From the NCBI RefSeq assembly GCF_000400465.1, contig NW_008806285.1, positions 144,001 through 268,000 on the forward strand: a stretch of 124,000 bases of DNA. The letters run 5' to 3'. The notes under the pieces were generated by a model. It saw only the letters and a list, made by a program, of their open reading frames with translations, did not search any database and was not told the origin of the DNA. The DNA is from Wallemia ichthyophaga EXF-994. Taxonomy: Eukaryota; Fungi; Basidiomycota. Within the stretch, counting starts at the first letter, position 1. Each line of letters begins with the position of its first letter. Of this stretch, positions 52,377 to 66,760 are shown one piece after another. The position numbers and the translations under genes were made by a program.

Positions 52377-55300
52377 ATGGGGGATTTCTCACCCAGCAGG
52401 TATGATACAAAGACATCGAGGTCGTCTCCATTCGCATATCAGCAGAGAATATTAGAAAGGACTTCGTCTTCACAGCGCAAGCCATCAAACTCTTCTTTAC
52501 AGCAGTCGACGCCGCTAGCATCTCCAAAGCCAACGTTCCTAGATGGCATCTCCCATAGAACTCCATCGGGTAGTCTCTCTAGGCACAAATCATCGCACAG
52601 CGTAGGCGATGTAGCCAGCAAATGGGAAGCCAGATCTCAATCGGACAAGTCCACAGTTCCATTTCCAAACTACCCGAGTCGCTCTCCATCTCCAACCAAA
52701 TCCTCTCCAAACAAGTCTTCTCTCCCTTCTTCTGTATTCACTCCTTTCTCTCATGGCAATCATCCTCCGTCACCTACTCCTGAGAAGACGCCTTCTATTC
52801 GCAGGTCAAGGCCTTTATCTCTACAAAGCACTCCTGATCTTGCCAAGAGCTCCGTTGGTGCCCTCAAAGAACTCGGTTCTTCTCAATCTGTTTACCGCAC
52901 CAATTCTCTTTCCAGAGCTAGATCTATTGACTTGGAGGCTGAGAAACAAAAGGCCTCTGAGCAACCTTCCCCCACTAAGTCTGAAAGCGGTCACAGTATA
53001 CTTGGTCGTGGCACTGCTCCAAGCTATAGAGCAAAATCCGGTGCTCACCTTGGCCGTATCACAAGTGGTGATGCTGAGAATGATTGGGACGAGAATGACA
53101 AACCTGGTGGCTGGGACAAGGATCAGAGAAGCTCTCTCAAAGATGATTCTTTTCATTTACCTGGTATTACAGACATGAGTGAGCAGGTGGTCGGTTTACC
53201 AGGCAGAGTACGTCTATCAAGAACTGGATCACTCACCGAGGGCTCAAGGAACGCTGCGGGCCTCAGGCGCACGAATGCCGTTAAGAATTCGAGCCTCTCT
53301 CCTACCAGAGCATCACAAAACTCTTCAGTCATGTCTCGCACGCAGTACATGACTTTAGACAAACAGCGTCACCTTCTCGCAGCTTACGAGTATCTTTGCC
53401 ACATCTCTGAGGCTATTAGATGGATCGAGGATTGCCTTGAAGGATCACTTGAAATGGATGAAGTTCAGGCAGAAGACGGACTCCGAGACGGTATAGTTCT
53501 CTTCAGATTAGCAAGTGTTTGGGGCTTTGGTGAAGGGATGGAGGATGGGCATATTGGCTGGAACGGCATAAGAAAGAACTACACAGGAAACAGACGTCTT
53601 TTCATGGTAAGTTGAGTACGTCTTAGTAATCAATTCTTGCTAACCCTAAAGTAGCATCCAAACATTCGACACTTTAAATACGTCGATAACATTAACTACT
53701 TCTTCGAGTTTATCAGGCGCATCAGTTTACCTGAAGTGAGTGTTGCTTTTTCGTCATTCAAACATTTTAATTCTTCCAGCTGTTCACGTTCGAAACAACT
53801 GATCTCTATGAAAAGAAAAACATCCCGAAAGTAATCTACTGTCTCCATGCATTGAGTTATCTTCTTGCTGGACGAGGTGTTGCTCCACGCATTGGCGCTC
53901 TGAAGGGTCAACTTGAGTTTACTGGTGAGCGCATTGTTTTATAATGGATACAGTTTATTTACGGTCTCATAGACGATCAGCTTCGCCAGACTCAGAAGAA
54001 TCTTGATGCTTCCAACGTCCCAATGCCAAATTTCGGTGGATTGGCTTCAACATTTGGGGATCCTGAACCAATACAAGAACCAGAGCCCGTCGAATCAGAA
54101 GAAGACCGCATAGCTAGAGAGCTCTTTGACGTCGAAGGAACAATCGTTACATTGCAGGCTCAAGCAAGAGGCTACCTCACGAGACTGCAAGTTTCGAGCC
54201 TCAAAATAAAAATGAAGCTGAACAAGAAGATTATCACTGTCGTTCAAGCAAGATGCAGAGGTAAAATTACGAGATCTCGCTTGTCTAGCCTACGTGAGAG
54301 GCGCTCAGGATCTGCTATGAAGTGGGTCGTGCCTCTTCAAGCAATTGCAAGACAGAAGCTTGTTCGTGATGAACAAAAAGATATAAAGAAGTACTTGATG
54401 ATTTGCAAACCCGCTGTTACTGCCCTACAGGCACAAGCTCGTGGTCTACTTTCCCGAAAAAAGTATGTAAACAAGCTGCATATTATATATCGCCAGAATC
54501 GCACTGGTGTTTATCAGGGCTTACAAGCTCAATGTCGCGGTTTGCTTGCAATTAGCTCATTCAGAAAGTGTAAAAGCGCTCTGAACAACCGTGCTGAGCT
54601 TCAGCGGGCTCTTCTTATACAATCTAGCTGTCGTGGGTATTTGGTTAAATCAAAGTATACCGAGTATTTGGATAGTATTACAGAGCAAGTTCCTGTCTAC
54701 ACAGCTGTTCAAGCTGCTTGTCGTTCGAAAGCCAGCAGAAGCAAGTATCAATCAAAGTTGAAAGACGTGATGAAGTCATCACAAAATTTTGTTCATTTAC
54801 AGGCACACTCGCGTGGGATTATTTTTAGAAGAAAGCACAGAAAGCTTAATAACGCTCTCAAAAGCGCATCGACTACCCAATCGGTTGTATCAATACAGTC
54901 ACATGCCAGAGCGTTAATCGCGAGACAGGAAAATGAATCATTCCGAGCACAACTGGAATCGCTATTTGGTGCACATGTTAAAATACAGGCATGTTCTAGA
55001 GGAGCTAATGTTAGAGATCAATGTGAAAGTATATTAGCATACTTGGATGATAACTACAAAAGTATTATATCAGTACAGTCCCTCTCTCGCACGAAGCTCA
55101 TTCATGATAGATACAATTACTTGAACTCGTTACTTGAGCAGTCTTCAATTTCCACATTACAGTTGCAAAGTCAATGCAGGGGTTTCCTTGTCAGAAAGTC
55201 CAATGAACAGCTGAAAGCTGAACTTTCGGACGATTCTAAATTGAGTTCTATCTGTCAAATTCAATCCCTTGGACGTGCGACTCTGGTAAGACGATCTATC

Positions 55301-58189
55301 TGGAACATCTTCCAAGAGCTGGAATCAATGGAGGGTGAAATAGTCAAATGCCAAGCACAGTCTAGGGGCTGCTTGATACGCAAAGATCAGACTATGTGGA
55401 AACGCCATCTTCAAGTATCACAACCTCAAGCTGTCAATCTTCAGTCAGTCTTGCGTGCTTACGTTCAAAGGCAGAAATTCGGTGAGAAGAAGACTCATTA
55501 TCGTGCAAACAAGGAGAAGATAGTGAAGGTTCAGGCCTTATATCGTGGTAAGGAGAAGAGGGAGCAGTTCAAAGAACTCACTATGGGTAATAATGTTCCT
55601 TTGAACACGGTCAAAGAGTTTGTCCACTTACTTGACGACTCTGATTATGACTTTGATGAAGAAATTGAATTGGTAGATGTGCGTAAGAAGGTCCTTGAAT
55701 CAATAAGAGAAACGCAAGCACTGGAATCACACGTAGATGAACTAGACGTCAAAATTGCTTTGGTTGTTAAGAACGCACTCTCGTTTGATGAACTGGTCCG
55801 TGCCGCTAAAGGCCGCACAGTCGCTTCAAGTACTCTCAATCGAAATGGAAGCGTGTTGACAGCAGCTGGTGATCCATTTAGTCCTGGAAAAATGGATAAG
55901 CAAACAATAAGAAGACTTGAGCTATATCAACAGCTGTTTTGGAGGCTGCAAAACCAACCAGAGTATCTCGCACGTCTCTTCTATAATATGAGCAGAACGG
56001 AGGTGTCTGATAAGAACCGTCGTTTGATCGAAAATGTTATCATGACCTTATTTGGTTACACTCAATCAGCTCGCGAGGAGTACTTATTTTTGAAAGTTAT
56101 GCAAAGATCGATGCATGAGGAAATTGCATCAGCTAGGCAATTGTCAGACGTTGTTAGGGGTTCATTCACTTGGGTTAAGATGTTTTTGCTTTATCTACGT
56201 GGTCCTGAAAGAAAAACCTATCTAAAGCAAGCACTTGGACCTAGAATCTCAGAGATCACGTCATTAGAATCATTTGATCTTGAAACAGATCCAGTTATTA
56301 TTTGGAAACAAATAATAAACTATCAAGAGTTAGAGAGTGGTAAACCGAGCGACAAGAAGAAAGACGTGACTTATGAAGAAGCTATATCTGATTCTGACAC
56401 AAGAGTAACCTTCATCCATCACCTTCAGCAGCTTAGACACGCTACAGAGCATTTCCGCGGAGATATTCAGAAGTCAACAAAGAAGATGCCTTATGGATTG
56501 AGATTTATTGCTCGTGAATTGTACTTGGCTCTCCGCATCAAATTCAAGAACGAGAGTGAGGAAGCATGTAATAGAATCATAGGGCAACTTATCTATTACA
56601 GATATATTCAGCCAGCAATTGTCACTCCAGAGACATTCGATGTTGTTCCAAAAGTGCTTGACCCACTACAGAGGAAAAATCTCAATGAGATTGCAAAGAT
56701 GCTTACTCAATTGGCTATGGGTGAAGTATTTAGTGATGAAAATACATACCTTACTCCTCTAAATGACTACATTATGGATGCTTCATCTAAATTCATCCCT
56801 TGGTTTGGTCAAGGTACGTTCTAATCGCTACAAAGACTATTTCTAACATTCATAGTCGCTGATGCTGTTGATGCCGAGACATACTTTAATGCAGGCGAGT
56901 TCTTGGAGTACAACACCACAAGAAAACCTTCAATTCATATATCACCAAGCGAAATCTATGATGTTCACTCCCTTCTCAACCAGAATTTGGATCGCATTGC
57001 CCCCACAAGAGAGGATCCACTACGTGCAATTTTATTGGAACTTGGTGGCCCACCATTACCAGCTCAAGGAGAGCTGTATGAGGCACGCAAGAGAGCAATT
57101 TCATTGACACTCACCAACCGCAATACTCAAGTTGACAATCCAAATGACCCACAAACGCATAAGAAACAACTCTGGCTTCAAACTAAGCGTCTAGTCTTAG
57201 CCGTTTTAAGAATACAACCTGAGCGAACCTTGACCCAATCTTTCATCTCTGAAGTTACTAAAGAGCACGAAGCGCAATGGCAATTGTTCGTACAAAAGGA
57301 AGCTTTAATAGAGAGATCTAGAATAACTGGAGCAGGAGATACAGTGTCACCATTCTTAGGATCGGGTTATAAGATAAACGACATCAGACAAATGAACTAT
57401 ACGGAAGTCAAAGCTAGAGCTATAGAATACTGTTTACAATTAGAGAAGATTGGCGAAATTTCGAGGAAAGACAACTACCAGAGTGTGCTAAATGCAATTG
57501 CAGTTGATGTCAGAAGTCGTAATAGAAAGAGAATTCAAAGGCAAAAGGAGTTGAGCAGCATGGAGAACACATTGAAGATACTGGAAGAAAAGAAAGAGTA
57601 TCTTCTAACACAGCAAGATGCTTTCAACTCATATATAGAGACCTCCATGCAGTAAGTTGATATCTCACGTGATGTAACTGGACTGACTGTATGTAGAACT
57701 ATGCAAAAGAAGGGCAAAAAACGGTTTGTCTTACCATTCACTAAACAGTGGTCTCATTTGAGAGACTTGAAACACACCGGTAAAAAATTTAAATTCGGTT
57801 CATATAAGTATGCTGCACAAGAGTAAGTTTTTTATTGTCTTTGTTATATCACTGACACACATTAGGCTTTACAATCGCGGACTTTTATTATCAATCAGTC
57901 AAGTATCTCCAAGACAATACGACGGCATTTTCCTTACTTTCAGCTCGGATGAAATAGGTGTATTTAAGATAGACCTGAATATCGCTGGAGAGCAGAATGC
58001 TATGGCTAGTGAAGACGTAAGACTGGAAGATATGCTGCAGATGCAGTTTGAGAATAAGAGTTCAATTGCAATTTGCCAAGGAAACGTCAAGTGTAACTTG
58101 AATGTTCTATTATTCCAGTTGTATAAGAAGTGAGAAGAGTTTTATTTCTACGATGCTAAATACTAACGAAGCAAAGGTTTTATCAATAG
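52377..58189 (+). CDS. IQG1: IQGAP (CH domain, IQ repeats, RasGAP-related domain, RasGAP_C)
   Basis: AYEYLCHISEAIRWIE, DLYEKKNIPKVIYCLHAL, many LQAQxRGxLxR repeats, YYRYIQPAIVTPE. Confidence 0.93.
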
Positions 58190-58420
58190 AACGCATATAC
58201 AATTGTCAATATATTTCTTTTAATCTTGTACTGTTGTAATTCCATCTAAATTTGCATTCAATGTTATGCATCCAACCAATTAAATAGTCAGTATATCTCA
58301 AAACACACGCTCTGCACCATAAAATCAGGATTAGACCTATTTAGGACACTGCATAACAATCATCATGTATATACACCGCTGAAATTTCATTTCGTAAGCC
58401 ATATATTCTAAGAAGTAAAT

Positions 58421-59413
58421 TTATTGAGGATTGGGTGTTACATTCCAAGGACCAGGATCCTAAAGGTTAGGTTAGACTGGATAGCGAGATGGATGTTGCA
58501 CTTACTGAAAATATGTTGTCTTCGCTCTTACCTCCAAAGTCTTTAGGTAAGTTCTCTGCTGGGATTTGCTTGAGCAATTCATCCTTGTAGGATTTGCCAA
58601 GAATCACAATCTTGGAGACGGTCACTGGGTCTAACCATCCCTTAACTACGCTCCAGACAGTAGTGAAGAGAAATGGAGCATTGATAATGTAGAATTTACC
58701 CATGGTTTCAGGGCTATTTTGCGGTTTGTGAGACCATTGCCAAATCTCTATGTCTTCACTCACTAGTAATTTTGGCCGATGTTGCTAGCTTGTGCGACAT
58801 AGTCTTTAACATCGTAGAAGCTCTTTATTCCGACGTTGTGCATGTCAAGGATAGTGCAAGAAGTTTCAATGTGCTTGCCTGATGCTTTAGAGCAAGCTGG
58901 GAATCTAGAGTCAAAGCACTTCTCGTACTCGTAAACGAGATGCTTGAGCATGCGCTCAGCTGTGGTAGCCTTATAAAGTTCTGGGACGTTGAGGTATCCG
59001 AGTCTTTCAATATAAACGGGTCTGCCATCCTGTGGAATGTTAAAATGTCACTTAAAAAGGAAATAACGAACTTTATCAGTTTTGTAGTAGAACTTTGGGT
59101 AGTACTTGTTGATAATTTCTAATTCTTTTTGATCAAATTCCGATCTGCTTAAATGTTAACGGGTGTGCAACATGACCAACTGTCACACCAACTCTTTGAT
59201 AGCGTCGACGTTGAACTCTTTTCTCCACTTCTCAGCAGCGTCAAGCATTTCTTCAGCCTTTGCAACATCGAATTTCCTAGCTCTAAGGAATCTAAGGAGA
59301 CATCTATCGTCATGTCTCTTTTCGTTGAAATATTCCTTCGACTTGATAGTCTCCCTGAATTGGTTTAATCCCTGCTTTTGCTCTGCGCTCAAGTCTTCCA
59401 AAGTACCCGACAT
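58421..59413 (-). CDS. SEC14: Phosphatidylinositol/PC transfer protein
   Basis: [44 protein letters not shown]. Confidence 0.95.
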
Positions 59414-59528
59414 GATGGTTGATTGTAAATATCAGAACATCGCGCAGTAATATCGATATAAAGACAAAAATTTACAATTAACTAAACAATTAGATTTAAA
59501 CGCTTATCTACACTTAATAGCTCTATGA

Positions 59529-60886
<1,358 letters not shown>

Positions 60887-61081
60887 TCATGCTCGTCTTT
60901 TCGTCAAAGAAGAATCGCTCTTAGCTCCGTGCTGCGGGATGAAAATTTGATTTGACGGGCACGCGAAATACATCAGCGGTAGCCATCATCGCCCTCGGTT
61001 CCTCAATGAAACATTTTACCGATCGGCATTAAGACAACTTTAACCTCGTGGGATCAGCATAAATTATCACTATACGTAAAA

Positions 61082-64000
61082 TCATTTAAGAAATTTCCTA
61101 AAATCGTCCTGTGTCTTCGGGTTTTTTGCAGTTGTGCTAGACGCAGTCAATTTGGGGTCGGGATTGTTTCCGCGATCGCCAATTTTTGATCTTCGGGTGT
61201 TTCTAGGAACAAACTGTCCGCCAGAAACCGCAGCGTCGGATTTTTCCGCTACATTTTTATTTTCCGACAAGCTCAGTGGTTTTTTGTGACTAGCTTCGTC
61301 GGATAAACTAAGTTGCTGTCCATTAATTGATGGTGCCTGCATCAGCATGACTTTCGACATTTCCTGTCGATCAGTCTTTAGATGTTGATTGAAATGCATT
61401 TACGCTAGCGCACCTTATCATTCTCAAATTCCACTACAGCAGCACCTTCATTACCATTCTCATTGTACCAGACCTTCTTCACTGGTGCAAACACCTCAAA
61501 TGTTTGCTGTATGAAGGATTCTTTGGTTCCGTCTGGTATGCCATCTACCCTGATTGATCTGCCAAAGCGTGGTTTAGCTGGTGCATTTGCTTGTCTAGTT
61601 CGTGTGAATTGAAGACTGATTCTGATTCTAATAAGTGCTTACCTAGGCTTCCTGTTTGACATTGTTACGCTTATGTGTTTGCCTTTGACTTCAACGTTGT
61701 TCATTCGCAGCGCATTTTGAGCTGATGACTGGCAAGAATCAGCACAAACTTTTTCACACAAATAAAGACTTACAGAATCTTCAAATTCAATGTGAGCAAA
61801 ACCTTTGCAGCTTCCGTCATCCCTCAATCCTAACTTTGCTTGCTTAATTGCGCCAAACTGTTGTGATATCAGCTATTTTCCCACCTAAGACTACAACTCA
61901 CAGGTTCAAAAAGTTGACGCAAATCTGCCTCTGTTATCTTTTTGCCTAGCTCTCTAACAAATATCTCCTGCCCATTTACGAAATCATCTGAACGTGACTT
62001 ACGCTTGGATGGGTCTGAGATAGCAACGCTGAGAGAATGATTATCTTCCTGAACTTTTCCATTAAGTTCTAGTGAGGCTTGAGCTGATGCCTAATTGGAG
62101 TAAGTAAAGCATTTCAAATGTAATTACATACCGGGTCTAAGAAGGTGACATAAGCAAAGCGGCGTGTTGTCTTGATCGAACGGCTAGGCCATCTCGTATC
62201 GAAAATTGTGCCATACTATTAACGATTAGCATGAAGATTCATGTGTATTGACGATACTCACTGGTTCAAAAAGAGCCCTCAAGCTATCATCCTTAGTGCC
62301 TTCAGGAAAATTTGTCACATAGAGCGTGGAGGACCATCCCATAACAACTTTGATTTCGACTTCCTCGATGCGCTTCTTATCTTTCGTAAGAGCCGCAGGA
62401 ACATCATCCTGAAAAATCTTAGTACGGCATAACATAATGTTGATTACGTACCCGACTCAAAAACTCAACAGTTGCCGCTGATTGATCTTTAAGATCTTTG
62501 ACAGTGACTTCGCGCATATCACCACACTTTGAAATAAGAATTAAGAGGGATTCTTCCACTAGGCTTGGAATACTCACATCTTTGAATAGCAAATTGACAT
62601 CTGTGTTGTTGCATCCTAATGGAAGACCGCTGACTATTACAGTTGTGTTTTCGCGATCTCTGCTATCTCGTCAGTTATCATTGGGGTTGGACTTGGTTCT
62701 CACCTCTTCAACTTATCTACAGTTTGTTGAACCTTCTGCTTCTTCGCGCTCTCATTGTTATTGGATTCATCACCAGCTTTTCTCTTGTTGTTTGTGCTAC
62801 CTGAGAAATCAAGTGAAGGGTCTACAGCAGTCTCCTCAGTTGCTGGAGCAGCTACTGCTACTTGAGGTTGCTGTTGTGTGTAATTTTCGTAAGCTTGTGC
62901 TGCTTCCTGTATTTTGATTAGGTAACTCTTAAAAATACAAACCACTTACATTCAGACGACGATCAGCTAATAATTGGCTGGCTTTTGTGATGCTGATTTG
63001 TGCTTGCATTTGAGTATCGAGGCTTCCATATTGGTCCTCAAATTCTTTGTAAGCTTGATGAACGGCTTCAGGATAATCGATGAATTGTCGTGGTGTTGCT
63101 GTTTTGTAGACAGACCTGGCTTTGTCGTAATTTTCATTTCGCGTCTCGAAAGCAGCCCAATCTAACCAAACAGAATAACTACGCTTCTGTGTATTGTTCT
63201 TAGACATGCGTTCAAAAATTTGAGAAGCTGCACTGGTCGCGCTCTCCTCTTTAACACGTTCGTGCCATGATATTGCATACTTTTCTATTCTATTAAATGG
63301 ATCTCGACTTTTGACCCTGTCGAGACCATCTTCAAGGATTGCTGCCACTTCTGCATATGCAACAGCTACATCAACATTCTCCAACGTGTGCCTCAAGTAA
63401 GAAGCTCTCGCTGAAATCAGCGCTACTAAATCATCGACTCTTGATTCAATAAGACCTGTTGAGATTGCCCTTGCATATGTTTCTTCAGCCTTCTCTGCAG
63501 GGTGTTTGAATTGCTCGTGGGCTCTGATCAAAGAGCTCCAAAGTTCTCCTGACCAGGGACATACTTTAACGGAGCGCTCGATAACATTCATTACCTTATC
63601 AGGCCTCTCTTTGTTATTAATCATCCAGTTGACGTATGTCACCCAAATCTTAGCAACGCTGGTAGCAATAGAATCATCGGTAGAGCCAGAAGGACCTGAG
63701 CCATCTTCACCTAACAGACTGTTGAATGGGTAGCAATCTCTTACTGCTCTTTCAAATAAGCCAACAATGAGATTTCGATTAGCAAGCTTCGGTTTTCCAT
63801 TTGGTGATTGTGCAAAGTTAATGTATGCGAGATATGCTTCGACGGTATAGTTGGAGCCCTGACATGACATTTTAGCCAGCAAATTACCATTCAAAGCGTT
63901 ACTTACAAGAGCAATCTCGTATTGATCATAATCCTCATATAAAGTCTGACCCTTTTTATAGTCCTTATTAGCGGCAACCATATGAGATTCGTATTGAGAA

Positions 64001-64827
64001 TTGTCGTAAGCTGTTATAAAACTTGAATAGGAACTGAAAGTATCTGCATGATCTGGAGCAACGAATGAGTGCAATTCAATTGTATGACAATAGCTTACTA
64101 GCATGGGGTATCTTGAGCCTAGCCAAGTAGAATTGTTGCATTCTTTGTATCGCTTCAGGTCTATCCTCACGTTAATGATCATCAAACGCAATGGAACGAG
64201 CTCACTTAGGTGATTTCTAATGGAATAAGCTAGGAGTTGAATGATAAAAAGCCTTACCTCAATTAAAGATTGCTCCCAATCTCTCCATTTGTCCCATATT
64301 TCGCAGCTCTGAACACGATAAGCATATGTAACCTACTAGAAAGAAAACGTACACCGGTGAGATCCCATTCTATGCCTTCATAAGCTGTACCAAATGCTTG
64401 TCTAATGCTCTGTTCGCTAAAGACTTGCTCTGTTTTTCCTTGAGCTGAACCGTGTATTAGGTTATCGATGTAAAATAACGCAATCTTTACGGAAGAAGGA
64501 ACATCTTGAATGGCAGAGATGAAGGCATTGTGTTTATCGTTATGTGCATCAATAGGGATACTTTTGATATTATCAAGGTGGAAAACTGCATCAAGTCAGA
64601 GGAATATATATAGAGAGGGGATAGAAACCTTCACCGACAACCCAAGTCTGCCTCCAATGAGCCCAAGTCTGATGGAATTGATCTGCCATACCAAGTTGGC
64701 GTGTAGCATTCGTTGCTCTAACAAAGGCGTGGAAAGAGAGATAAGGATATTCAAGTGATCCTAAAGCCATTTCTAACGATTGTAGGGAATTGAATTGGGT
64801 GATTTCATCTGGAATATCATCTTTCAT
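61082..64827 (-). CDS. PRP24: Prp24/SART3 U4/U6 recycling factor
   Basis: HAT-like repeats, several RRMs (KGFAHIEF, LYVTNFP), C-terminal Lsm-binding KTQDDFRKFL. Confidence 0.85.
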
Positions 64828-65067
64828 TTCAACGTTGACTGTAAACGACGAAGATGGTTGAAGAAAGTGGGTAAATGTAATATCGATTTGGTTTAAATTT
64901 AATTCAATTTAAAGATTCATCAGATAAGCCTCAGAGCCTTAATCTTCCAAAGCCAGATCACATCGTGTGCGTTGTCTTGTGTTTAATTGCATGTAATTCT
65001 CACTCGCATCGAATACAGCGAAGAACACGCAAGGCTACAATCCGGCAGCAGATCTCCTCACAGTCTA

Positions 65068-66644
65068 ATGGCTGATCAATTTGAGAAAATGGAATTTGGT
65101 GCGCCCGAAGGACTCAAGTGAGTGACAGAGAAACCAATTTGCTGTTCTAACAGGACAAGACCAACAAATCAAATGCAATCATCCACTCCTTCGACCACTC
65201 CAAGTCTTTCTCACTCTCAACTATCCCCAGAACCTTCCAATAATGTCGATAATGATTCTGCTCAAGTTATAACTCCTTGGGATGTTCAGGGCGCTGTCGT
65301 TGACGGTAAAACGGTAGCTGTCGACTATGACAAGCTTATTCTCCAGTTTGGTACAAAGCCTGTCGATAAAAGTCTATTGGAAAGATTTGAAAGGCTGACA
65401 CAGCGTAAAGCTCACGTCTATCTCAGAAGAGGCATGTTCTTCTCTCATAGGTGTGTCATAACCTGGACTATGATCGATTCGTTAATCCCTTTCAAGAGAG
65501 CTTGATCGTATTCTTGATAGATATGAACAAGGAAAGCCTTTCTACTTATATACAGGTAGAGGTCCAAGTAGCGACAGCATGCACTTGGGTCATATGATTC
65601 CTTTCATGTTTACAAAGTGGTTACAAGATGTCTTTAATTGCCCATTGGTCATCCAGTTGACCGGTAAGTGACGTAAGATCGAAGCAATCTATAATTCAAT
65701 TTTATCAGATGACGAAAAGTTTCTTTTCAAAAGCAATCTCAAGATTGAGCAGACACAAAAGTTTGCCAGCGAAAACGCCAAGGACATTGTGGCGCTTGGA
65801 TTCAACCCAGACAAAACACTCATCTTCTCTGACTTTGATTTCGTCGGGTGAGTCTACGATTTCTCAATTATTTGCTTCTAATTATAATCAGAGGTCCATT
65901 CTATCACAACGTCGTTAGAATATCAAAGTTGATCACCTACAATCAAGCCAAAGCAGCATTCGGCTTTAATGAATCTGACTCAATTGGAAAGATACACTTT
66001 TGTTCAATTCAAGCTGCGCCATCATTTAGCAATAGTTTCCCAAACATATTTGGCTCCAAACACGATATACCGTGTTTGATTCCTTGCGCAATCGATCAGG
66101 ATCCTTACTTTAGAATAACGCGCGATGTTGCAGCCAAATTAAAATATCCAAAACCTGCTTTGTTACATAGCAAGTTTTTCCCCGCATTACAAGGATCTCA
66201 AACAAAGATGAGCGCTTCTGATACTAATTCTTCTATATACATGACGGACAAACCGAACGAAATCAAAAACAAAATGAATAAGCACGCATTCTCTGGAGGT
66301 CAAGCATTGGCCGAAGATCACAGAAAGTACGGCGGTAACCCTGATGTTGACGTTTCGTATCAGTATCTTGGATTCCTGATGGATGATGATGATGAATACA
66401 AGAAAATTGCTGAAGTAAGTATTGAAAGTGATCGTGTTTATTCTACTCACCTCGTAATTAGGAATATCGTGCCGGTAACATACTCTCAGGTGAAATGAAG
66501 AAACTTTGCATCGGAGAATTGCAAAAGTTTGTTGCAAATTTCCAAGAAGCCAAGTCCAAAGTTACTAATGAAATGTTGCAATCCTTTATGGATCCTCAAA
66601 AGATCATCAATGGCTTTGATGGTGGGTGTCCTCTCAGATGCTGA
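65068..66644 (+). CDS. WRS1: Cytosolic tryptophanyl-tRNA synthetase
   Basis: [29 protein letters not shown]. Confidence 0.96.
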
Positions 66645-66760
66645 TGAAACTTTTCTTACTTGAAGAACTAGTCTTAAACACGCAAACCAAATAATAAGGT
66701 TGAAAGCATAACAATATTATAACTGTGTTACGTATTCGTATAAAGGTATATATTTACTAA